IMG/VR virus record: IMGVR_UViG_3300036832_000372 | Location: 1 to 54,572 of that record | Length of the DNA: 54,572 bases | DNA from: a virus | Taxonomy: Duplodnaviria; Caudoviricetes | Strand: one strand, 5' to 3' | Part shown: positions 7,178 through 16,886 of the stretch, one piece after another | Layout of the letters: each line of letters starts with the position of its first letter | How positions within the stretch are numbered: position 1 is the stretch's first letter | Position numbers and translations under genes: made by a program | Notes under the pieces: generated by a model | What the model was told of the DNA's origin: nothing | Seen by the model: the letters and a program-made list of their open reading frames with translations, nothing else | Databases searched by the model: none

Positions 7178-8659
7178 ATGGGGATCATCACCAGGTTCGC
7201 GAGCCCGATCTTTGACTCCTTCAGTAATCTCATCACTGGGCTGGGCGTCCTCGGAGTCGACAAGAACGAGAGCACCTACTGGGTGTTCAAGCCGCTCGAC
7301 CTCAACGAGCTCGAGGCGGCGTACCGGTGCGACTGGCTCGCCAGGAAGATCATCGAGATCCCGGCCTACGACTGCACCAGGGCGTGGCGCCAGTGGTTCG
7401 GGACCAAGGAGCAGATCACCGCCCTCGAGGAGACGGAGAGGACGTTCGGCATCCAGCGGAAGATGCTCTCGGCTCTGGAGAAGTCGCGCCTCTACGGCGG
7501 CGCTGCCATGGTCCTGGGCGTCGACAAGGGGACATTCCAGGAGGAGCTGAACCTCGACGAGGTCAAGAGGGGCGACCTCAAGTTCATCCACGTGGTGTCG
7601 CGTCACATGATCGCGGCAGGGCCGCGGGTCCTCGAGATCACCAGCCCGTGGTTCGGCGAGCCCACTTACTACACGCGCAGCAACTCAGTCACCGTAGATC
7701 CCCCCGGCGGTGTTCAGCCGGTCGGTGAGCCGACCATGGGCCAGCGGCCCGGCGACATGCTGTACATCCACCCTAGTCGGGTCGTGCGCCTGGTCGGCCA
7801 CGAGTACCCTGACATGGAGCGGAGCCAGGACGCTTGGGGCGACTCTGTCCTCATGCCCGTCCAGGATGCGGTGAAGCGAGCCGGGATCGTCCAGTCCGCA
7901 CTGACGACGATCATCCACGAGTCAAAGCTCGACGTCATCAAGGTCCCTGGCCTCACCGCCAAGATGCAGACGGACGTGGGCACGCAGGCTGTACTGCAGA
8001 GATTCGCGCAGGCCAACCTCGGGAAGAGCGTCGTCAAGGCTCTCCTGATCGACAGGGAAGAGGAGTGGGAGCGGAGCCACCTGACGCTGAGCGGCTGGGA
8101 CGGCCTGATGAACGCGTTCTTCCTGGTGTGCTGCGCCGCCGCCGACATCCCGGCCACGCGGTTCATGGGCCGCGAGCCGTCAGGCATGAACTCTACCGGC
8201 GACAGCGACACACGGAACTACTACGACCGCCTCGCGGCAGACCAGGTCGTGAAGTACACGCCAGCGCTCCAGCGGCTCGACGAGGTGATGATCAGGCACA
8301 CCTTCGGCAGCCGCGACCCCGACATCACTTACAAGTGGAACCCGCTCTACCAGCTGAGCGACACGGACAAGGCCGACGCCGAGCTGAAGGCGGCTCAGGC
8401 GTTCAAGATCGACGTCGACTCGGGCATCATCAGTCCGCACGTCCTGCAGGCTGGTCGGCAGGGGCATCTCGTGACCTCTGGCTGGCTGTACCCGGGCATC
8501 CAGACGGCGATCTCCGACGAGGCTGAGTGGGATGCCGAGGCCGGCTTAGAGTCATCTCGCAGCGCTAGCAAACCCGCTGCTCCAGGTAAAGACGAACCTC
8601 CTCCTAACACTGGCGGCGAGCCCGGGAAGGGCAGCCGCGGTGGCAACGATGAGCCCTAG
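7178..8659 (+). CDS. Portal protein (DUF1073/HI1409 family)
   Basis: WLARKIIEIPAYDCTR, RLYGGA, IHPSRVV, AADIPATRFMGREPSGMNSTGDSDTRNYYD. Confidence 0.93.
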   Translation: MGIITRFASPIFDSFSNLITGLGVLGVDKNESTYWVFKPLDLNELEAAYRCDWLARKIIEIPAYDCTRAWRQWFGTKEQITALEETERTFGIQRKMLSALEKSRLYGGAAMVLGVDKGTFQEELNLDEVKRGDLKFIHVVSRHMIAAGPRVLEITSPWFGEPTYYTRSNSVTVDPPGGVQPVGEPTMGQRPGDMLYIHPSRVVRLVGHEYPDMERSQDAWGDSVLMPVQDAVKRAGIVQSALTTIIHESKLDVIKVPGLTAKMQTDVGTQAVLQRFAQANLGKSVVKALLIDREEEWERSHLTLSGWDGLMNAFFLVCCAAADIPATRFMGREPSGMNSTGDSDTRNYYDRLAADQVVKYTPALQRLDEVMIRHTFGSRDPDITYKWNPLYQLSDTDKADAELKAAQAFKIDVDSGIISPHVLQAGRQGHLVTSGWLYPGIQTAISDEAEWDAEAGLESSRSASKPAAPGKDEPPPNTGGEPGKGSRGGNDEP

Positions 8660-9536
8660 TAGTTCCTCCCCGGGCAGTGGGCCAACCTCTGTCCGCACTG
8701 CGCCGCCTAGGTCGGCGGCGCTCTTTTCTAGCGATCCAACCAAGACGGGGAAGATTAGGACGATCTTCACAGCTGACGCTCTGATGCGCCTGGGGAAGGT
8801 CAGGGCAGCGACGAGAGTCGCCGTCGTCGACAGCGACACGCTCGGCCTCAGGGGCGGCCAGATGGCCTACCACCCGGACGAGATCAGGCTCCAGGCCTTC
8901 GACATGTGGCTGAAGGGGCAGCTGTCGCTGGTCGACCAGAACCACTGGTGGGACAAGTACGTGACTCTGGCGTGGAAGCACGGTGCCACTCACGCCTACC
9001 TCGACGCCGGTGCCACGGTCCCTCCGACGCTGCCCCTAGTAGATCAGACGCTGCTGAGGCGCGTCGAGCCCGACGTCTCGGCCATAACGGCCGTGATCCT
9101 GCAGCAGAGCTCTCGAGTCGCCGAGCGGGGTGTCCTCCAGGGTGAGAGACCTACCCTGCTGTGGCGGCAGCTCGCCGAGGTCTTCGAGAAAGTCGGGGCT
9201 GAGCGCCTGAGGCTCATGGCGGACCACTACACCGTCGCCGCGCACAACCGAGCTCGCCTCGAGGTGTACCGCCAGGCTGGTCAGACTAAGGTCGGCGTTG
9301 TTCCAGAGCAGAGGAGACGCCGAGTCAGAGACTCGCGAATGGTGTGCGACGAGACCCTAGTCGGTGTGCTCACCGCTGGTGACATTGACGTGTGCGACGA
9401 GTGTGAGGATTTTGCTGACGGCATGCCGTACGACATCGACGAGGTGAACGCGACGCTGCCGCTCCACCCTAGGTGCCGGTGCAAGTGGTACCCGTGGTTC
9501 GACATGCGGTTCGCTCACGACCATGACAGATCCTAA
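8640..9536 (+). CDS. Head morphogenesis protein (SPP1 gp7/MuF-like)
   Basis: Follows the portal; TAGDIDVCDEC ... LPLHPRCRC motif. Confidence 0.82.
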   Translation: MATMSPSSSSPGSGPTSVRTAPPRSAALFSSDPTKTGKIRTIFTADALMRLGKVRAATRVAVVDSDTLGLRGGQMAYHPDEIRLQAFDMWLKGQLSLVDQNHWWDKYVTLAWKHGATHAYLDAGATVPPTLPLVDQTLLRRVEPDVSAITAVILQQSSRVAERGVLQGERPTLLWRQLAEVFEKVGAERLRLMADHYTVAAHNRARLEVYRQAGQTKVGVVPEQRRRRVRDSRMVCDETLVGVLTAGDIDVCDECEDFADGMPYDIDEVNATLPLHPRCRCKWYPWFDMRFAHDHDRS

Positions 9537-9711
9537 CACAGTCATGAGCCGCATCGTCCTGCGTGACGAGATCAACGGGCGTATCCTCTGCATCAACGAT
9601 CCGATGAAGCTGAGAGTGATCCTCGAGTTCATCAACGGAGTCAATCGTGATGAGGCTACTGATCGCGACAGCGATGACACTGATGACAGCAGCATCGTCC
9701 CAGGCGTTTGA
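9523..9711 (+). CDS. Small hypothetical protein
   Basis: 62 aa ORF bridging its neighbours. Confidence 0.4.
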   Translation: MTDPNTVMSRIVLRDEINGRILCINDPMKLRVILEFINGVNRDEATDRDSDDTDDSSIVPGV

Positions 9712-9997
9712 CAGCGAGAAGTACCAGGGGGTAGATCCCAACATCAGCAAGTGGTTCCAGGACCAGCACAGCCCCACTGGCGTGCCGTGCTGCAGCGTAG
9801 CCGACGGCCACCGCACCGACTACGACATGCGGCCTGACAACCACTACTGGGTGCCGATCGAGGGAGAGTGGCAGCAGGTGCCGTCAGAGGCCGTGATCTA
9901 CAACTCCGGCAACCCGGTGGGTGAGGCGATCGTCTGGTACGTCAAGGTCAAGAGCGGGTACAACATCAGGTGCTTCGTCCCCGGCGGAGGTGTATGA
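9647..9997 (+). CDS. Secreted Cys-containing hypothetical protein
   Basis: Signal peptide, CCSVADG and NPVGEAIVWY...IRCFVPG; this pattern is recalled from Rhizobiales proteins. Confidence 0.8.
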   Translation: MMRLLIATAMTLMTAASSQAFDSEKYQGVDPNISKWFQDQHSPTGVPCCSVADGHRTDYDMRPDNHYWVPIEGEWQQVPSEAVIYNSGNPVGEAIVWYVKVKSGYNIRCFVPGGGV

Positions 9998-10230
9998 ACT
10001 GGGTCATGTTCACCGCTCCTGACGGCGAGCCGCTACTGATGGATCTCGCTGAGATGAGCCTGGTCAGGAGGCCGCTGCCAACCGAGCAGGTCGGGAGCCA
10101 CGTCGGGGCGGCGATCTTCTCTGGAGGCAACCGGTGGCTGATCCGCGAGACCTTCGAGGAGGTCGTCGGCGCGATGATGAAGTCTGGCATCAAGATCAGC
10201 TGGCCAGACGGGACTGACTTCTCCTTCTAG
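9994..10230 (+). CDS. Small hypothetical protein, FlbD-like fold
   Basis: GGAGG RBS and ATGA overlap; MNWVMFTAPDGEPLLMD...WLIRETFEEVV. Confidence 0.7.
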   Translation: MNWVMFTAPDGEPLLMDLAEMSLVRRPLPTEQVGSHVGAAIFSGGNRWLIRETFEEVVGAMMKSGIKISWPDGTDFSF

Positions 10231-10240
10231 AGGATACGCG

Positions 10241-10405
10241 ATGGCCACTCAGGACGAGATGGACTTTGTCGAGGCGATAAATTTGATCCGCGAGAGCGAT
10301 GACTACAGCTTGCTGATCAACTACCTGATGACGATGCGGCCGCTGTCTGACGCTAACAAGGTCGACGTCGGCAGCGTCCTGAAGAGGCTAGTCGAGTCGC
10401 TATGA
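10241..10405 (+). CDS. Small hypothetical protein (54 aa, not in ORF track)
   Basis: AGAGGA RBS; MATQDEMDFVEAINLIRE...VESL; stop overlaps the next ATG. Confidence 0.6.
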   Translation: MATQDEMDFVEAINLIRESDDYSLLINYLMTMRPLSDANKVDVGSVLKRLVESL

Positions 10406-10650
10406 CCGTCATCCGCGAACCCACCTTGAGCACTCTGTGCAGGATCAACAGGAACAACCAGTCCTACACGAGCGCGGACACGTGCCGCTATGTGATCGGG
10501 ACTGAGCGGGGCTACGAGTGCGCCAAGCTCTCTGGCTTCAAGGACGCCATCGACCAGGCCGTCCTCAGCGGCCTTCAGGCGGCGGTGGGTGACAACTGCC
10601 CTGGCATCGGGATGTCGCGGCCAGCGCTGCCGTATGGCGCCACGGTGTAG
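10402..10650 (+). CDS. Small Cys-rich hypothetical protein
   Basis: 82 aa with four Cys; translationally coupled. Confidence 0.6.
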   Translation: MTVIREPTLSTLCRINRNNQSYTSADTCRYVIGTERGYECAKLSGFKDAIDQAVLSGLQAAVGDNCPGIGMSRPALPYGATV

Positions 10651-10652
10651 CC

Positions 10653-12215
10653 ATGCCGCTGACCAAGAAGGGTAAGAAGATCAAGAGGTCGCTGTTCGGC
10701 TCGTACGGCAAGAAGACGGGCGAGCGCGTCTTCTACGCCATGCGCAACTCGGGTCAGATCTCCGGCGTCGACAGGCGCCGTCGCAGGAGTGGATCATCAT
10801 TCGAGGGAGAGGTCGAGTACGACCCGTTCGGCCGCCAGGTCGCGACTTACGAGGTCGACCCCGACGGCACCGTCGTCGAGTACGACCCGTTCGGCCGCCT
10901 GGTCTCAACTTACGAGGAGGAAGACTCCGTGCTCAATCCAGTGTTCGCCGTCATAGGCGACGTCAGAGTCGAGCCGCCGACTAAGGTCCAGCTCTACGAC
11001 GCGATCGAGATCGACGACGCCGCCAAGGTCTCCTTCACCGAGGACGGCTTCCTCAAGGCGATGCCGCGCATCGCTCGGACTGGCGTTCAAGTCTACGGAG
11101 GAGACGAGTGTGGCATCGACTTCGCGGACGTCGTCAAGGTCTACCGGCCTCCGTCGGCTGTGTTCGACTCTAAGGCGATCCACAGCTATACACATCTTCC
11201 TACGACTCTCGAGCACCCCGACAGGCCAGTCACCACCGACAACTGGAAGGAGCACGCCACCGGGGAGACCGGCGACGAGGTCCTCAGGGACGGCGGCACG
11301 GTGAGAGTCCCGATGATGCTGCGAGACTCTAAGGCGATCGCAGCGTGGAAGGACGGCACCAAGAAGCAGCTCTCGGTCGGCTACACGTGCGACCTCGTGT
11401 GGGCTCCTGGTGTAGTCCCGCACGGAGAGATTCACGCTGGAGAGGCGTACGACGCTATCCAGACCAACATCAGGGCAAACCACCTCGCTCAGTGCGCCGC
11501 TGCGAGAGGTGGCCCAATCCTCTCGATCGGCGATAGCACAAAGGAGAACGGTATGAACGCCCCAGTCCTGAAGACCGTAATGGTGGACGGCATCCAGTGC
11601 GAGATGACGGACACCGCGGCGCAGCTCGTCCAGAAGACGATCGCTACCTACCAGGCTAAGATCGACGCCTTCAAGAAGAAAGACGAGGACGACGATGAGG
11701 AGATGGAGGACGCCAAGAAGCAGATCTCCGCTCTCGGCGACACCATCAAGGCGAAGGACGCCGAGATCGTGACTCTCAAGAAGGCCGTCGAGGACGCTCG
11801 GTTGAAGCCTGAGCAGATCGATGCCATGGTGAGGGATCGTGCTGACGTATTTTCGAAAGCCAAGCTCGTTCTTGGTGACTCATACAAGTTTGAGGGAAAG
11901 ACTGTTGAGGACGCTCGGCGCGCTGTCGTGAGTGCTCACCTCGGCGACGTCGCCAAGAGCTGGGACGACAACCAGGTCAGGGCCAGCTTCGACAGCATCA
12001 TCGCTATGCTGCCGAAGAACCAGACCCAGCGGGGCACCATCGACCACGCGGTCTACGTGTTCGCTGGCCGACCTGGGTACGTCGAGCAGACCAACCCGCA
12101 GGCGATCAGGGACGCCGCCTACGCTGACTCGGTCCGCGAGCTGAACGACGCCTGGAAGCCCCAGGCAGTTCGCGACGCCGAAGCGGCCGCTCGTCGTGCT
12201 GCCGGCAGCTACTAA
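10653..12215 (+). CDS. Capsid maturation protease/scaffold (DUF2213) with N-terminal extension
   Basis: IARTGVQVY, VYRP, TLEHP, QLSVGY, IQTNIRANHLA..AARGG, followed by a coiled-coil scaffold region. Confidence 0.9.
   Translation: MPLTKKGKKIKRSLFGSYGKKTGERVFYAMRNSGQISGVDRRRRRSGSSFEGEVEYDPFGRQVATYEVDPDGTVVEYDPFGRLVSTYEEEDSVLNPVFAVIGDVRVEPPTKVQLYDAIEIDDAAKVSFTEDGFLKAMPRIARTGVQVYGGDECGIDFADVVKVYRPPSAVFDSKAIHSYTHLPTTLEHPDRPVTTDNWKEHATGETGDEVLRDGGTVRVPMMLRDSKAIAAWKDGTKKQLSVGYTCDLVWAPGVVPHGEIHAGEAYDAIQTNIRANHLAQCAAARGGPILSIGDSTKENGMNAPVLKTVMVDGIQCEMTDTAAQLVQKTIATYQAKIDAFKKKDEDDDEEMEDAKKQISALGDTIKAKDAEIVTLKKAVEDARLKPEQIDAMVRDRADVFSKAKLVLGDSYKFEGKTVEDARRAVVSAHLGDVAKSWDDNQVRASFDSIIAMLPKNQTQRGTIDHAVYVFAGRPGYVEQTNPQAIRDAAYADSVRELNDAWKPQAVRDAEAAARRAAGSY
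10812..10917 (+). repeat. 43-bp direct repeat x2 (period 63 nt) encoding VEYDPFGRxVxTYE
   Basis: 10812-10854 versus 10875-10917, three mismatches. Confidence 0.9.
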
Positions 12216-12378
12216 GAGGTGCCAGAACTGTGGGGCGCCCATCAAGCGAAGGGTGATGCTCACAGCGAAGTACTGCTCTCCGTCCTGCAGGCAGGCTAGC
12301 GCCATGCGTGCCTACAAGAAGCGACAGCAGATCTCAAAACAGAAGGAGCTTGTAAATGACTGTCGTCGTTCAGAATAG
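12196..12378 (+). CDS. Small zinc-finger protein
   Basis: CQNC...YCSPSCRQ followed by a basic helix; overlaps both neighbours. Confidence 0.55.
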   Translation: MLPAATKRCQNCGAPIKRRVMLTAKYCSPSCRQASAMRAYKKRQQISKQKELVNDCRRSE

Positions 12379-13210
12379 TTATGCTCCCTACATCCGCCCT
12401 GCGGTAGAGGGTATGATCGCGGACCAGATGCCTCACGCCGTCGTCACTAGGATCTGCGAGACGGCAGCCGGGATCGGCTTCGGCAAGGCTGTCAGCCAGG
12501 GCACGCTGAGCCCGAAGGGCGTCGTCCTCGGCGGCACTACCTACGTCGGCATCACCTGCCGAGACATCACGCTGAGTCTGTCCAACCTCGACCCCAATGC
12601 TTCCACTCCGTTTCCGCTCGACAAGTACGGCTACAAGACCAACATGGCGGTCATGACGCGAGGCCACATCTGGGTCAAGGCGTTCGGCAACGTCGCCGCC
12701 AACGACGGGGTCTACTTCGACGCTGCGGCGGGGACGCTGGGCAACAGCGCTACGGGTCAGGCGGCCACCGGCTCGATCACGTTCTCTGGTCAGCCTAAGG
12801 ACGGTGACACTCTGGTCATCAACGGCGTCACCGTCACCTTCAAGAACTCTGGGGCGACCGGCGACGACGTCAACATCGGGCCCACGCTGGGTGACACCCT
12901 CCTGGCGGCTGCGACCAAGTGGGAGGCCTCGGGCACCGCCGGTCTCGCTGCGGTGCATTTCGCTGCAGACCCCCCGCTTCCCACCGGCGTGACCGTCGGG
13001 TCGGGCGCTAACGCTATCATCATCGACGCTGCGGCCGTCGGCACCGCCGGCAACGCCTTCGCTCTCAACGTGGCTGGCTGCTCGGTAGCGACGGCGTCAG
13101 CCGCCACTCTCCTCGGCGGCACGGCTGCGGCGACGATCGTCACCGGAGCGCACTGGATCGCTCCCGTCATATCCGGACAGCTCGGCCTCATCTCGGTGTT
13201 CGGCGGCTGA
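12356..13210 (+). CDS. Capsid cement/decoration protein with inserted domain
   Basis: Directly before the MCP; IGFGKAV, AVMTRGHIWV; inserted ATGSITFSGQP domain. Confidence 0.82.
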   Translation: MTVVVQNSYAPYIRPAVEGMIADQMPHAVVTRICETAAGIGFGKAVSQGTLSPKGVVLGGTTYVGITCRDITLSLSNLDPNASTPFPLDKYGYKTNMAVMTRGHIWVKAFGNVAANDGVYFDAAAGTLGNSATGQAATGSITFSGQPKDGDTLVINGVTVTFKNSGATGDDVNIGPTLGDTLLAAATKWEASGTAGLAAVHFAADPPLPTGVTVGSGANAIIIDAAAVGTAGNAFALNVAGCSVATASAATLLGGTAAATIVTGAHWIAPVISGQLGLISVFGG

Positions 13211-13287
13211 TCTACTTCTTCTTTGACGCGTCTCTTTCAGGGCGAGGCGCAGCGAAGATCAAACCATCCTAGATGGAGGAATTTGAG

Positions 13288-14262
13288 ATGTACGGTATCG
13301 GTCACAACAGTCGCCGGTTCTTCGGCGACATGCCAAACGAGCAGGCGTCCCTGAGCTTCCTCGTCTCACAGATCACTTACATCGAGCCGACGGTCTACAG
13401 GATCAAGTATCCAGAGCTCTTCTACAGAGAGCTAGTGCCAGTCGACTCGACGGCGTCAGAGTGGACCAAGTCGATCACGTTCTTCTCGATCGACCAGGTC
13501 GGAGCCGCGGACTGGTTCCACGCTCAAGCTAGCGACGTGCCTCTCGCTGACGTGACTCGAGCCAAGTTCGAGGTCGGCATCGAGATGGGCGCCATCGGCT
13601 ATCGGTACAACACCGAGGAGATCCAGCAGGGCATGATGATCCCGAACTTCTCGCTGACGACGGAGCGCGCCAGCGCGGCGCGGCGTGCGGCTGAGGAGTT
13701 CCTCCACAACATCGCCATCTACGGCAACACGACGAAGAACTGGCAGGGTCTCATCAACAACTCTCTGCCCGTGGTCATCAACACTGCCCACACCTGGGCC
13801 TACGACCTCGCTCAGGCGCCGCCTCTGACCTCGGCGCTGATGAATGACATCAACCTCGCCCTGACAAACATCTGGCAGAGCTCGATGGGCATTGAGATGA
13901 GCGACACTGTGCTGCTGCCGTTCTCGGCGATGAGCCAGATCGTGATGGCTCAGCTGCCCAACACGACGATGAACCTCTTGCAGTGGCTCAAGCAGAACAA
14001 CATCGTGTCGGCTCAGACGGGTGCGCCGATCGAGATTCGCGCAGTGCGCGGCCTCGACACCGCAGGCGCGTCTGGCAACGGCCGCATCGTCTGCTACAAG
14101 AAAGACCCAGAGGTCATCAAGATGCACGTCCCGATGCCGCACCGCTTCCTGCCGGTGTGGCAGCGTAGTCCCCTGGTCTACGACATCCCCGGCATCTTCC
14201 GTGTCGGTGGCCTCGAGATCAGGCGGCCGCAGACCGTTCGGTACATCGATGGGGTAGTGTAA
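13288..14262 (+). CDS. Major capsid protein (DUF2184 family)
   Basis: FLVSQITYIEPTVY, GYRYNTEEI, GLINN, GGLEIRRPQTVRYIDGV; RBS GGAGGA favours ATG 13288. Confidence 0.93.
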   Translation: MYGIGHNSRRFFGDMPNEQASLSFLVSQITYIEPTVYRIKYPELFYRELVPVDSTASEWTKSITFFSIDQVGAADWFHAQASDVPLADVTRAKFEVGIEMGAIGYRYNTEEIQQGMMIPNFSLTTERASAARRAAEEFLHNIAIYGNTTKNWQGLINNSLPVVINTAHTWAYDLAQAPPLTSALMNDINLALTNIWQSSMGIEMSDTVLLPFSAMSQIVMAQLPNTTMNLLQWLKQNNIVSAQTGAPIEIRAVRGLDTAGASGNGRIVCYKKDPEVIKMHVPMPHRFLPVWQRSPLVYDIPGIFRVGGLEIRRPQTVRYIDGVV

Positions 14263-14741
14263 TGAGAGATGGTCCCGTAGATCTTGACTCGCTGCGCCAG
14301 AAGGTGCCGCCTCAAGCAAGCGACATGGTGACTCCAGTCACCATCGTCAAGCCGACGCCGCACCCGGCTGTCCCTCAGATGGTCATGCTGGCGGACGACA
14401 GGCGGCTCAGGTCTGACCACCACACGGTGACGGTCAGGAACACGAGCCACAACCAGGCTCACATCATCGTCGACCGCCACATGAACTGCCACGAGCTGAG
14501 GCCCGGGGAGTCGAAGCAGGTCGACATGCTCGACGACGAGGTCGCGGCGTTCCGCGAGCTCGGCAGGCCGAACCGCGGCGTCTACTCGTCTGGCCACCTG
14601 GCCGGCATGCCTCTGCCGGCGCACCCGCTCCAGTTCCCGGAGATGCCTCTGCCAGAGTCAGCGCGGATCGACGACGGCGGCGGTGGCGACAGCGGTCCCC
14701 CGTCAGCTCCTGGCAAGATCAATAGGTCTGGTAGAGGCTGA
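14262..14741 (+). CDS. Hypothetical protein downstream of the capsid gene
   Basis: Coupled TAATG start; position in the head module. Confidence 0.7.
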   Translation: MRDGPVDLDSLRQKVPPQASDMVTPVTIVKPTPHPAVPQMVMLADDRRLRSDHHTVTVRNTSHNQAHIIVDRHMNCHELRPGESKQVDMLDDEVAAFRELGRPNRGVYSSGHLAGMPLPAHPLQFPEMPLPESARIDDGGGGDSGPPSAPGKINRSGRG

Positions 14742-15166
14742 TGGCCACGACGGCTGACATCGCGTCGTTTAGGTCTAACTTCAGCGAGCTGAGTAGTGCG
14801 ACAGACGCTCAGATCGCGGGAGCTATCAACGTCACTGACGTGATGCTCGGTGACGGTCTGAACTGGCCGAGCCAGAGGGACTTCACCCTGGCTCGCTTGT
14901 GCTACATCGCTCACCAGGTGACGCTGCAGCTCGTCCAAGCTGCCAATGCCGCCGGCGGCACCGGGTTTTCTGACATCTACGTCGACTCGATCAGGTTCGG
15001 TGAGAGGAACATCAGGTACGCTCAGCGTCAGGGCGTCGTCGATCCCTCTAGCCTCGACGCTCAGACGGCCGTCCTGGCTACGACCAACCCAGGCCAGATG
15101 TTCCTCGAGCTTCGCGACCGCAACATCTTCCCAGTAGCTCTCGTGAGCACGTTGGATTGGCCGTGA
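14741..15166 (+). CDS. Head-tail adaptor (DUF4054-like)
   Basis: FRSNFSEL, YIAHQVTL, LATTNPGQMFLELR. Confidence 0.8.
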   Translation: MATTADIASFRSNFSELSSATDAQIAGAINVTDVMLGDGLNWPSQRDFTLARLCYIAHQVTLQLVQAANAAGGTGFSDIYVDSIRFGERNIRYAQRQGVVDPSSLDAQTAVLATTNPGQMFLELRDRNIFPVALVSTLDWP

Positions 15167-15585
15167 GCAACTGGAGAAACTTCGAGAGGATGGTCGACGA
15201 CGCCGTCGACAACCAGTTCGCAGATCCGGTGCGTCTGATCCCGTGGAAGGGGGGCCAGCGCGTCTCCGACACTGGGAGCCAAGATCCGACGCGAGAGGTC
15301 CTCGACACCGTAGGTGTGTACTGCACCCCCGGTGCTAGAGCTATGGGGGAGGCTGGCACTATCGCCTCCGGCCTCGCCACTAGCGTTCAGACTGGCAGGG
15401 AGTGGGTCTCGATCCAGGAGGACAGGCTCGGCGACCCGAGCGTGTGGAAGATGTACGACCGTGTCTTCCTGCCGAACCAGCTGCCGAACCAGCAGTGGCA
15501 CTCGATCCAGGAGATCCAGCCGTCGGCGACCAAGCGATACAACGTGCTGCTGATTCGTCTTCAGGACCCGACGCCGTTCACATGA
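15163..15585 (+). CDS. Head-tail joining/closure protein
   Basis: Position, size and beta-rich content; GTGA overlap start. Confidence 0.6.
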   Translation: MSNWRNFERMVDDAVDNQFADPVRLIPWKGGQRVSDTGSQDPTREVLDTVGVYCTPGARAMGEAGTIASGLATSVQTGREWVSIQEDRLGDPSVWKMYDRVFLPNQLPNQQWHSIQEIQPSATKRYNVLLIRLQDPTPFT

Positions 15586-15788
15586 ATCCCATCAGCGACG
15601 AGGCTGGTCAGACGGCTCGCAGTGTCGTCGACGCTCTCAAGGCGCAGCCATTTGTTCTCGTGCTGCTGTTGATCAACGTGATGTTCGTTGCATTTTTATG
15701 GTTCGGGATGCACGAGCAGGCGGTTCGCAAGGACAAGCTCATCGAGCAGCTGACTAACTATCTGGCGGCATGCCCGCGGAAGGAGTGA
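15582..15788 (+). CDS. Small single-pass membrane protein, paralog of 53920-54378
   Basis: MNPISDEAGQTARSVVDALKAQPFVLVLLLINV; start at the ATGA overlap. Confidence 0.75.
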   Translation: MNPISDEAGQTARSVVDALKAQPFVLVLLLINVMFVAFLWFGMHEQAVRKDKLIEQLTNYLAACPRKE

Positions 15789-15792
15789 CGGA

Positions 15793-16671
15793 TTGAGTCT
15801 GTTGCGGCCGATTCTCAGAGCGACTGCCGTAGCAGCTCTCCGTGACAAGACGTGGGCGGCAGATCGCGTCTATGACAGCGACATGACTCCTCTCTCCGCT
15901 GCCGTGTACGGTGGCCCTCCGCAGCCTTACATTGTCTGCTACACGGACACCGACGATATCAACCCTGTCGACAACGTCGCCAAGGTCTACGCTAGCGACA
16001 ACCGGTCTCTGTATCTCGCTGTCGAGATCGGCGTCGCCTCAGCGGTCCGTAACCAGAAGAACGACATCGTGATCCAGTTCGCCGCCACCGACTCGGGCAT
16101 GGAGTGGGCATGCGACGTTGTCTCGGCGCAGACCGTCGCCGCTCTGATCGGCGACACCCAGTCGCAGTGGGGCGAGCTGTTCAAGCGGATGGTCACCAAG
16201 GTCAGGCGGATACAGTCTCGCCGCGGCGGCATGTCGCAGCAGGGCGTCAGGTTCGCCGCCCGGCGACTCGTGTTCCAGATCCAGCCTCTGTGGGACTTCA
16301 TCCCCGGCCAGCGGCCGATCGACAAGCACCCGGTGTGGGACTTCATCACCCTGGCCAGGGCCAACCCCGAGGTCAACGTCGTCGACGTCGCCGGGATTGT
16401 GGAGGGGCTGATCGACGTCACCAGCCTGCCGGACTGGAGAGTCGCTCAGTCCCAGCTGGGACTCACCAGGGACAGCGTCGTGACTCTCAACGTGCCGACG
16501 ACGCCTCTCGGCCCGCCGTACACAGACGCGGACGAGGAGGAGGTGCCGACGATGACGGACATCACGGTGGCAGACGACGAGTCTGGGGGGATCTCGACGA
16601 CAGTCAGCCTCCCCGTTGTCTCGGTCCATCCTCCGGTGATAGACGCACCATCGATAGGAGTCAACCCATGA
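15793..16671 (+). CDS. Neck/tail-completion protein
   Basis: AVAALRDKTWAADRVYDS...GVRFAAR; lies between head and baseplate genes. Confidence 0.6.
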   Translation: MSLLRPILRATAVAALRDKTWAADRVYDSDMTPLSAAVYGGPPQPYIVCYTDTDDINPVDNVAKVYASDNRSLYLAVEIGVASAVRNQKNDIVIQFAATDSGMEWACDVVSAQTVAALIGDTQSQWGELFKRMVTKVRRIQSRRGGMSQQGVRFAARRLVFQIQPLWDFIPGQRPIDKHPVWDFITLARANPEVNVVDVAGIVEGLIDVTSLPDWRVAQSQLGLTRDSVVTLNVPTTPLGPPYTDADEEEVPTMTDITVADDESGGISTTVSLPVVSVHPPVIDAPSIGVNP

Positions 16672-16883
16672 TCGAGCTCGCCATCTCCATTCTGTGGTTC
16701 TTGGTCGGAGTCGTTGTCTTATGCGGCATCGTGTGGGTGGCGCTATATGTCTTGAAGATATTCCTGCCGACGCTGCCGCCGCGGTTCGAGCAAGCGGTGT
16801 GGGTGATCGTCTTGCTGCTGGTCCTGATCTACTTGCTGTACGCTATCAGTGGGGGCGGCGTCAGGGTGCCGTCGTTCAGATAG
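16668..16883 (+). CDS. Small two-TM membrane protein
   Basis: AGGAG RBS; MIELAISILWFLVGVVVL...VIVLLLVLIYLLY. Confidence 0.8.
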   Translation: MIELAISILWFLVGVVVLCGIVWVALYVLKIFLPTLPPRFEQAVWVIVLLLVLIYLLYAISGGGVRVPSFR

Positions 16884-16886
16884 TAG

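Noticed and set aside
7178-8659. DUF1073 as an anti-CBASS Acb1 nuclease
   Set aside because: Size, motifs and position fit a portal; no pair of HxT/S phosphoesterase motifs or extra domain was seen.
10812-10917. CRISPR mini-array
   Set aside because: Only two copies, in frame within a CDS, with a 20-nt spacer and no cas genes.
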